DNA of 24,958 bases. It comes from a virus. Lineage: Duplodnaviria; Caudoviricetes. The notes beneath the pieces were generated by a model. That model made no database searches, was not told where the DNA came from, and saw nothing but the letters and a program-made list of their open reading frames with translations. The stretch is from IMG/VR virus record IMGVR_UViG_3300020438_000259, positions 1-24,958 of that record; one strand, given 5' to 3'. A program made the position numbers and the translations under genes. The stretch's first letter is position 1, and each line of letters starts with the position of its first letter. This document shows positions 18,668-24,958 of this stretch, in pieces.

Positions 18668-18991
18668 TCATTCTGTGGGATTCAAATGCCCTTCTACAAG
18701 AGCAAGAGCGGCGGTTTTCGTAAGATACCCGCTACCCTTGCTAACTCCGTTGTCGGTCAACCACTTAAGGATGTCCTTTCGTGACCAACCGCTGTCGGGG
18801 ATGCCGTCATTGCCACCGTCAACGGTGGCTCCTTCATCTCCTTCAATGGAGAAATGCTTAGCGGGTAGCGTGTGTCGCCACTCATTCAGCCAGTCTTGCG
18901 TGACCTCTACGACCTCACTACGGAGCCAAGGGGCGGGAGTATCCCGTCGCCTTCGCTCATAAAATGGGCCGGTGTAGGTCACTGTGGGCAT
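18668..18991 (-). CDS. Small protein with C-terminal HeH/LEM/SAP-like helix-extension-helix, 107 aa
   Basis: WSRKDILKWLTDNGVSKGSGYLTKTAALALV resembles the HeH-type motif common just downstream of phage MCP genes. Confidence 0.6.
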   Translation of the reverse strand: MPTVTYTGPFYERRRRDTPAPWLRSEVVEVTQDWLNEWRHTLPAKHFSIEGDEGATVDGGNDGIPDSGWSRKDILKWLTDNGVSKGSGYLTKTAALALVEGHLNPTE

Positions 18992-19001
18992 TCAATCACA
19001 C

Positions 19002-19466
19002 TCAGTTAAGCATCACTACGGTCACCGTTCCAGCACCGCCAGCCTCGCCGTGAAGGACAATTGCTGGAAGAGCGGCACCAGTCTTAGCGGCAGGTGCGGC
19101 ACCAGTGTTGGTGAAAGTTGCAGATAGAGTCTTGTCGGCTACTGCGAAAGTAGTACCGAGCACACCGATAATCTTTGATGCACCTGCGGTAATAACCAGC
19201 ACTTGCTCATCGGCATCTGCCAAAGTAAACCCGATGGTCACCATTCGCATACTACCCACTGCGTTTCCGTCAGTGTTTTGAGCGGTGAAACCAGTAAGGG
19301 TGCCGGGGTATGAACCACCAGCGTTACCGTTCAACCAACCCGTTTCATCAACAGGGGTACCAGTTCGCATATCCAAGTCCAAAAGAACTGATACAGTTCC
19401 AGTGGAGAAATCGCCATCGTCAAATGAAATGGTCAAGCCTTTTTGTGTCTTCGTTTCTGTCGTCAT
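19002..19466 (-). CDS. Putative capsid decoration/cement protein, 154 aa
   Basis: Immediately after the MCP. Gly/Ala/Thr-rich beta composition. Function inferred from position. Confidence 0.55.
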   Translation of the reverse strand: MTTETKTQKGLTISFDDGDFSTGTVSVLLDLDMRTGTPVDETGWLNGNAGGSYPGTLTGFTAQNTDGNAVGSMRMVTIGFTLADADEQVLVITAGASKIIGVLGTTFAVADKTLSATFTNTGAAPAAKTGAALPAIVLHGEAGGAGTVTVVMLN

Positions 19467-19499
19467 AATTTACACATCCATGTTTTTTGTTTTCAACCC

Positions 19500-20600
19500 T
19501 CACTTGAGGTCACGGATTGAGCCGTGTCCACCGAAGAAAGTCGTCCATAGTTCTCCCATGGTGCGGTACATTCCTTCTTGTCCGAGGCGGTTGATAGCGA
19601 ATGGGTCGCCAGTTTCAATACCGCTCTCAAAGTATTGGGTTGGAATTGCAGTGCTGAAGTACAGGTAATCCGTGTCAAGGAAGTACATACGGCTCAAAGT
19701 GTCCGTTTGAATGTCCTTGGATGGGATGATTGGGACACCGTTGTAGGTAGCCACAATGAAACCTGCTTCAATACCGGGAACACCCTTCACACCGTTGTAG
19801 GTAGGGGTGACACGCTTCTCTTCCATAAACCGCTGTTGGCTTTGGAGGAGTTGTTGTAGGCGCATCAAAGTGTCGTATCCGGTAAGGATAACCTTGGGGT
19901 TTCCACCACGAGTCCATATCTTTTGGAACAGGTCATCCAACTGGTCAAGGGACAAGTTGCGGTCAGCACCACTGTTTTCATTGTGCTCAGCGAGCGACCA
20001 CGAGTTTGCACTGCGGTCAATGGAGTACATATCTTCAGTTGAACCAGCAGATGCACCAACGGTCACACGGTCAAGGGATTCAAAGTCGTTCCCTGCAACA
20101 GTGGCTTTGTCAGTCGTGAGCATCTTGTTGATGTGTTCTGCATGGTGCTTACCCATCTCTTCCTTGAGAATTGCACGAATGTCGCCCAATCCATCGTCCT
20201 TGTCGGACAGGAACATTGCGGTTTCGCTCATGTCAAAGGTGTGTACAACAGTCTTTGGCTTTGCGGCAATGTGTTGGAAGGTAGGCTTGGTGGTGTCAGG
20301 GAGCGTAGCGTTTTCTGCAACACCGCCGCCAACCGTAAAGGAAGGACGCTCGGTGATGACTCGCCAACCACTGCGTTCCCAAGGTCGCTTGGGGAGGATG
20401 GAGAAGGCGTTGAACTCTTGGTTCAACTGGCTCCAAACCTTGCGTCCGTAGATGGCTTGGTAAGTACCAGCCGTGGTGGACAGCATTGGAGCGTCAGCCT
20501 TGAGCAACTCGCTACCGGAGTAGGAGTATCCCATTGCGTTGCCTGCGCCGTAGTAGTATCGTTCCATGTCAGTAATGTTTCGGATGTAGTCTCTTGCCAT
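19500..20600 (-). CDS. Major capsid protein (HK97 fold, halovirus/Magrovirus-like), 366 aa
   Basis: Follows protease-scaffold. Motifs AIYGRKVWSQLNQEFNAFSILPK, GGGVAENATLPDT, KPKTVVHTFDMSE, YNGVPIIPS and MYFLDTDYL. SD GAGGTGA at 20607-20613. Confidence 0.9.
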   Translation of the reverse strand: MARDYIRNITDMERYYYGAGNAMGYSYSGSELLKADAPMLSTTAGTYQAIYGRKVWSQLNQEFNAFSILPKRPWERSGWRVITERPSFTVGGGVAENATLPDTTKPTFQHIAAKPKTVVHTFDMSETAMFLSDKDDGLGDIRAILKEEMGKHHAEHINKMLTTDKATVAGNDFESLDRVTVGASAGSTEDMYSIDRSANSWSLAEHNENSGADRNLSLDQLDDLFQKIWTRGGNPKVILTGYDTLMRLQQLLQSQQRFMEEKRVTPTYNGVKGVPGIEAGFIVATYNGVPIIPSKDIQTDTLSRMYFLDTDYLYFSTAIPTQYFESGIETGDPFAINRLGQEGMYRTMGELWTTFFGGHGSIRDLK

Positions 20601-20627
20601 ATCATTTCACCTCATTTATTTGTGTGT

Positions 20628-21491
20628 TCATTCCCCACGCAGGGTGCGATGTGCAAGGGCGTGAACTTCGTCCCACCCCATGTTCGCCATGTCTTGCGTT
20701 GAGGGAATGTCAATGGATGCAACCGACTTTTGAATGGTCGTGCCTGCTCCTGTACCGATGTTGTCAATGCGCTCGGAAAGAGCCTCAATTGACTTCACAA
20801 TGTCTGAAAGTGGTGCTCGTGCGTCAAAGGCGGCTTTTTCAGCCTGTGATTTTGCAACTTCCATTTCGTTGTTGAAGCGAGAAGCAAAGTTTCCTTCAAG
20901 ATTGTTTCGGAAAGTTTGTTCCATAGCGGCGGCTTTGTACACTTCGTAAGCGGCTTCAAGGTCAGCCTCACTCACATTCTCGGAGTTGAGGTATCCCTTG
21001 GACAATGAGGCTGGCCCCATTGCACCGGCAGGAGTTTTACCACCGGAAGCGGTAATTGCGCTGATAGCGTTTGTTGAAGGAGAACCGTTTTCTTGTCCTC
21101 GGCCACGGACTTGACCAGCAAAGTAGTCAGCACCGTCAACAGCGTCGGGGTTGTCAAAGCCACCAAGTTGGGCTTTCTCAAGTTGGTCAAAGTGGAAACG
21201 AGCACCATCAGTGTCAACACCAGCCGACTTGAGGGTGTTTTCCATCCAAGATAGATATTCGGAGGAAATAACATCGGAGTATTCTCCTTTGTCCATGTAC
21301 ATCTTGTCGTCGTCTTTCTTTTCGTCTTTCATTTCGTCACCTTCTTCTTTTTCGGGCTTCTTTTCTTCATCACTGCCCTTACCCTTCATGTGTTCACGGA
21401 GTTGAGGAGGTAGTTCTCCTTTTTCCATGGCATCCAGTCGGGTTTCAAGTCGTGACATAATTTCTGTCAAATCACTGTTTTCGTTTGTCAT
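20628..21491 (-). CDS. Nested in-frame scaffold protein (287 aa) from an internal start
   Basis: AAAGGAGG-ACACCACT-ATG at 21507-21489, exactly at the end of the protease domain (Met173, MTNENSDL). Confidence 0.65.
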   Translation of the reverse strand: MTNENSDLTEIMSRLETRLDAMEKGELPPQLREHMKGKGSDEEKKPEKEEGDEMKDEKKDDDKMYMDKGEYSDVISSEYLSWMENTLKSAGVDTDGARFHFDQLEKAQLGGFDNPDAVDGADYFAGQVRGRGQENGSPSTNAISAITASGGKTPAGAMGPASLSKGYLNSENVSEADLEAAYEVYKAAAMEQTFRNNLEGNFASRFNNEMEVAKSQAEKAAFDARAPLSDIVKSIEALSERIDNIGTGAGTTIQKSVASIDIPSTQDMANMGWDEVHALAHRTLRGE

Positions 21492-22007
21492 AGTGGTGTC
21501 CTCCTTTAAAATGCGGAATTGTGCTTCGGGGTTGATACCCTTCTCACAAATCGTTACCTCATGCAACTCCATTTTTGAAATCTCTTGGTAGTCGCCTTTT
21601 TCCATGTCGGACTTTCGCACTCGCTTGAATGCTTGCCCTCCAATAGAAAATCCACGAAGGTTGCCCTTGCGGATTTCAGCGGCTACTTCACGAGCCTTCT
21701 CTATATCGTTGCGGAGTTTAACAACAACGAACAGTCCAGTGTCATCCGTTTCGGATTTCCACATGCGTCCGTTGGAATCAATGTACGAGTCAATGACTTC
21801 ACCAACTTGAATGTTGGAGTGAGCCAATTGCACATTGCGGTATTGTTCACCCTTCATGAAGCCATCAAAGGCATCTTTTAGGGCGGAGCGAGTAATAAGG
21901 TCGCCTTGCTTGTCAACAAGTTCAACTGATGCGTAGCCAGCAACAACCAAATCGTTACCACTCTTGAGGAGAGTGATACCGTCAGTCGGTCGTTGAACGC
22001 TTAGCAT
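20628..22007 (-). CDS. HK97-family prohead protease fused to C-terminal scaffold, 459 aa
   Basis: VVAGYASVELVDKQGDLI, QLAHSN (putative catalytic His), LRGFSIGG (putative catalytic Ser) and LHEVTICEKGINPEA, followed by a charged/helical scaffold-like region. Confidence 0.9.
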   Translation of the reverse strand: MLSVQRPTDGITLLKSGNDLVVAGYASVELVDKQGDLITRSALKDAFDGFMKGEQYRNVQLAHSNIQVGEVIDSYIDSNGRMWKSETDDTGLFVVVKLRNDIEKAREVAAEIRKGNLRGFSIGGQAFKRVRKSDMEKGDYQEISKMELHEVTICEKGINPEAQFRILKEDTTMTNENSDLTEIMSRLETRLDAMEKGELPPQLREHMKGKGSDEEKKPEKEEGDEMKDEKKDDDKMYMDKGEYSDVISSEYLSWMENTLKSAGVDTDGARFHFDQLEKAQLGGFDNPDAVDGADYFAGQVRGRGQENGSPSTNAISAITASGGKTPAGAMGPASLSKGYLNSENVSEADLEAAYEVYKAAAMEQTFRNNLEGNFASRFNNEMEVAKSQAEKAAFDARAPLSDIVKSIEALSERIDNIGTGAGTTIQKSVASIDIPSTQDMANMGWDEVHALAHRTLRGE

Positions 22008-22031
22008 TGACCATCCGACTATCTGTTATGG

Positions 22032-22039
22032 TATTTATA
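22032..22039 (-). promoter_or_regulatory. Putative archaeal TATA box (TATAAATA) for the capsid operon
   Basis: In the 39-bp intergenic gap, 25-32 nt upstream of the protease ATG at 22007. Confidence 0.6.
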
Positions 22040-22046
22040 TCACACG

Positions 22047-24958
22047 CTATTGGTGAGACACCAACGGCTGGTCATTGTCGTAGTCTATAGAGAGTTTTTC
22101 ACCTTCATCTGTTTCCACTTGAATGTGATTCAGTCGCTCGGTTTTCTTCTCTTTCTTTTCATCAGTAATTTTCTTTTCACCGTCAAAATCCGGTAGAGTG
22201 GATTCGTGACGGAGTTGGGTTGGGCCACGAGGTGATTCTTGAGGTGTACCGACATCAATTCCAAGTCCTTTTGGGCCAGTCCATGTCATTTTTTCCTTAC
22301 TGATTTTGTCCAAGGCCCGTGTGATAAGTTCCAATGCCTTCTTGGTTTGATTTGGTTTGAGTAATCGGTTATCATCATCTTCTTCAAGAACACCTGCACT
22401 TTGGTCTTCAGTGCGTTCTTTTGAAGGAAGTTTCGGCATAACATCACTTTCAGTTTCTTTACTGAGTATTCCTTTTACCAACAGTGGGGCAACCGACGAC
22501 CAAAACGGCATGAGACTTTCAGCCAACACCACAGGATAATCAGTCTTGGTCAAATCGCCCATTGTGCTCTTAGGAGAATGTACATACCAAGCATCGCCTA
22601 TTTCTTCCATGTTGTACATTACTGTATCAACTCCCTTCAAAACGATTTGAATCTGTGATTCCAAGATTTGAATGTCGTGAGGAATAAGAATTGGTGCGAA
22701 TGCTTTGGTCATGAGGTCAAGGGATTCTGTGCTGGCCGCACCCTCTCCTTCACCTTCACCCTCCAACTCTTTGACTTGTACATTGTACACAGGCCGATTC
22801 TTGCGATTTTTCTTGGATATGCCCGTGATGGAGGCACGAACAATGTCGCCAACTTTGAACACCTTGCGTTGGTTGTGTGCTGTACCCACATCCATGTAAT
22901 GCTCTCCCTTATGCTCTATCGCTCGGTTCCCAAGTCCTTCAACCTCAAGGATTGGGCCAGCACCCAACTGATAGGTGTACGGGCCTTTGCCACGACGGTC
23001 AAGGATAATGAAGTTGAAATCTCGGCTATCACGGTACACAATCCACTTTGGATGTCGTCGCTCTCCACGCATGTAGGTGGATTTGTTGTCCCGCAACAAA
23101 ATGTTGTCGTGGTCGTCTTTGAGGTTCTTCACAGCGTCAGCCAGTCCATCATCGTCCGTCATGCGAGTATCGTGTGGGCCGGGTACAATCACAGGCTCTT
23201 GACTGTCAAATTGTGAGCGAAGTATTTTCAATCGTTCAAACAACTGCATTTCACCTACATTCGTATCGTCGTAATTGATGATGTCAATGATGTTCAACTC
23301 TTCTTCACCAAGAATAGCATCCAGCGTGTAGTTTTTGTCGTTCATCTTTTCAAGGGCTTCTTTGGTGGCTTTGCGTAGTCCTTTCTTACGACCATTCTCA
23401 TCATACGCTGTAATCTCGTCATCACTGCGTACAATGATGATTCGCTTTCCATCATACCATTTACTTACAACCCACGAGCCGCTGAAGCCACGAAGGTGTT
23501 CAAGGTCAGCCAAATCAAAAATGCGGTGCATGGGCCGAACAGCAGGACTCCATTTTGCATCGTCACTCTTACTCAGCAACACATCCGGGTCAAGTAGTGA
23601 GGTAATGAGTTCAGTCATTTCACTCGCCGCAATCGTTGTTGGAATAGTGCTCGCTGTTTCTGCTGTTTCCATGTTCATACTTTGATGAGGATTGTCGGGG
23701 TACTGAGGAGGAGGAGCATTTGCATACACTTGCTGTGCCACTTCTTTTCCGTGAATCATAGCGGCCAAGTCTTGCGGTACAGAATGGTATAGCCCTGTGC
23801 CCACATTTGAACCGATGTGAATTGTACCATCATCACCAAACTCAGCCCCAAGCGTAGGTGTTTTTTCGTACCCATGATGCCATGCACCACTGTCAAAGTT
23901 GTCCGTCAACCCTGCGTGTGCGGGCGAGGGAATGCCCAGTGGATACTGCGACATGCCTGCCGTTTCGGGAATTTCTAAGTCGGGCGTGAACACTCCTTCC
24001 TCTTCCTCAAGCACACGAGGGTCAAAATGAACAATAGTGTCAAGGTGATTCTTGGTGTCGTTTGTTTTACGAGCCTTTGATTTACTTTTGAAATTCTTTG
24101 CACCGTGAATATCGCCCTTAACAGTGCCGATACCAGCGGCTTTCAAAGAATCCTTGAACATTTGAGGATTGAGTTTCATACCCATTGCCCGTGGAATAGC
24201 GTGGGAAAGGTGACCACCCCACGCTTTCTTGTCAGTTTGCTGTGAAAAGTGATTCATGGCTTGGTGATACCCGTTTTCTCGTGCATGACGATAGAATGAT
24301 TGATGGTCGTCTAACTCTTCTTCGGGCTTGTTCATCATCTCTTCGTCGGTAAAATGATTGAGGTCAAGTCCGTCAATGCTTGAGATTTTACCACTGAGAA
24401 GAATGTTTTTGATTGTAGAGACTTGTAACGGCGCACCCCTTTCTTTCACCATATCAATGAGTTCTTCGGCCTTTTCCTTTGCAACGGGAGTTCGTTGAAT
24501 ACCAAGTTTGTCCAACAACTTGTCAGCATTTTCGTCAGCCTCAACCATCATACCGTCTGTGGACAAATGATTGGCAACGGTAGCATGGAATGGATTTTGC
24601 GCCGCAGGGTCGGTGTCTCGTACAGAAGCCTGCAAACCGTAGTTGATTGAAGAGATACCATGCACACTGTGAGGAACGGACACAATGTAGCGTTGAGCAT
24701 CACGCATCAGTTGATGTGTGTTAGCGATGAACTTTTCCGGCTCGTCGGGATTGAAGGCATCGGGGTCATGCTCAAGGTATTTTGGAAGAAGAACATCCCG
24801 TGCTATCTCAGTGATGGTTTGTCGGTGGCCACCAAACAACTGCTCCATACGAGTAGCATCAAGTTTCCACATCGTGTTTTTGCTCTTCTTTTGTGTGCTT
24901 TGCTGTACCTTTTCTAATTGTTGAGTCATATTGTTGATTTCAATCATCAACGGTTGCA
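22047..24958 (-). CDS. Large multidomain protein (5'-truncated, >967 aa) containing a degenerate ATP-dependent ligase-like domain
   Basis: The frame stays open to the window edge; the track start is only a TTG. The region about 23545-22710 follows ligase motif order: RPMH, SKWYDGKR, LDAI, IIDII..FERLKIL, DNILLRDNKSTYMRGERRHPKWIVYR, then an OB-like segment (YMDVGTA, VGDIVRA). Confidence 0.8.
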   Translation of the reverse strand, partial: QPLMIEINNMTQQLEKVQQSTQKKSKNTMWKLDATRMEQLFGGHRQTITEIARDVLLPKYLEHDPDAFNPDEPEKFIANTHQLMRDAQRYIVSVPHSVHGISSINYGLQASVRDTDPAAQNPFHATVANHLSTDGMMVEADENADKLLDKLGIQRTPVAKEKAEELIDMVKERGAPLQVSTIKNILLSGKISSIDGLDLNHFTDEEMMNKPEEELDDHQSFYRHARENGYHQAMNHFSQQTDKKAWGGHLSHAIPRAMGMKLNPQMFKDSLKAAGIGTVKGDIHGAKNFKSKSKARKTNDTKNHLDTIVHFDPRVLEEEEGVFTPDLEIPETAGMSQYPLGIPSPAHAGLTDNFDSGAWHHGYEKTPTLGAEFGDDGTIHIGSNVGTGLYHSVPQDLAAMIHGKEVAQQVYANAPPPQYPDNPHQSMNMETAETASTIPTTIAASEMTELITSLLDPDVLLSKSDDAKWSPAVRPMHRIFDLADLEHLRGFSGSWVVSKWYDGKRIIIVRSDDEITAYDENGRKKGLRKATKEALEKMNDKNYTLDAILGEEELNIIDIINYDDTNVGEMQLFERLKILRSQFDSQEPVIVPGPHDTRMTDDDGLADAVKNLKDDHDNILLRDNKSTYMRGERRHPKWIVYRDSRDFNFIILDRRGKGPYTYQLGAGPILEVEGLGNRAIEHKGEHYMDVGTAHNQRKVFKVGDIVRASITGISKKNRKNRPVYNVQVKELEGEGEGEGAASTESLDLMTKAFAPILIPHDIQILESQIQIVLKGVDTVMYNMEEIGDAWYVHSPKSTMGDLTKTDYPVVLAESLMPFWSSVAPLLVKGILSKETESDVMPKLPSKERTEDQSAGVLEEDDDNRLLKPNQTKKALELITRALDKISKEKMTWTGPKGLGIDVGTPQESPRGPTQLRHESTLPDFDGEKKITDEKKEKKTERLNHIQVETDEGEKLSIDYDNDQPLVSHQ

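Larger units (their letters stand above)
1..24958 (-). mobile_element. Head-tail virus structural gene module, probably an archaeal Magrovirus/halovirus-like Caudoviricetes genome fragment
   Basis: Co-oriented, abutting or overlapping genes in canonical order: protease-scaffold, MCP, adaptor, terminator, tail tube, chaperones, tape measure, distal tail, giant tail protein. Archaeal-type SD (GAGGTGA) and a TATA box. No host genes, integrase or att sites in the window, so provirus versus free virus cannot be told. Confidence 0.9.

Noticed and set aside
19478-19496. T-rich tract after the MCP gene as a terminator
   Set aside because: The T-run is on the plus strand; the transcribed minus strand reads A-rich and there is no hairpin.
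22700-23545. Annotation as a functional DNA ligase (lig)
   Set aside because: Catalytic motifs I, III, IV and V are substituted, so no gene symbol was given.
38-24924. Numerous plus-strand ORFs of 60-251 aa
   Set aside because: All lie antisense to well-supported minus-strand genes and have implausible composition; they are shadows of codon bias.
24948-24950. TTG start of the 967-aa ORF
   Set aside because: The frame is open to the window edge and upstream context is missing; the real start is probably outside the window.
1-24958. tRNA/rRNA genes, integrase, terminase/portal, diversity-generating retroelement
   Set aside because: No intergenic space for RNA genes, and no recognisable motifs, reverse transcriptase or template/variable repeat pair seen.

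Overview
The whole window is the virion morphogenesis module of a tailed dsDNA (HK97-fold) virus. It is most likely an archaeal virus of the halovirus/Magrovirus type (Marine Group II Euryarchaeota), judged from the capsid sequence style, GAGGTGA/GGAGG ribosome-binding sites and a TATA box; this assignment is from recognition, not a database search. All credible genes lie on the minus strand in one tightly packed operon. Right to left: a large protein truncated at the window edge that carries a degenerate ATP-dependent ligase domain; prohead protease-scaffold with a probable nested scaffold start; major capsid protein; small head-associated, HeH-like and Zn-ribbon proteins; head-tail adaptor; tail terminator; a 623-aa tail tube; a SAP-domain protein; tail assembly chaperones; a short tape-measure-like protein with five 90-bp repeats; a distal-tail-like protein; and a giant ORF of over 3,090 aa (9271 to beyond base 1). 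The giant ORF is absent from the supplied ORF track because its stop lies outside the window. The most interesting signals are the pseudo-ligase bracketed by putative maturation-protease sites, the shared K|S/A/G motif suggesting a head-cargo processing system, the giant LamG-tipped protein, and the repeat-built tape measure. The plus-strand ORFs are antisense shadows.
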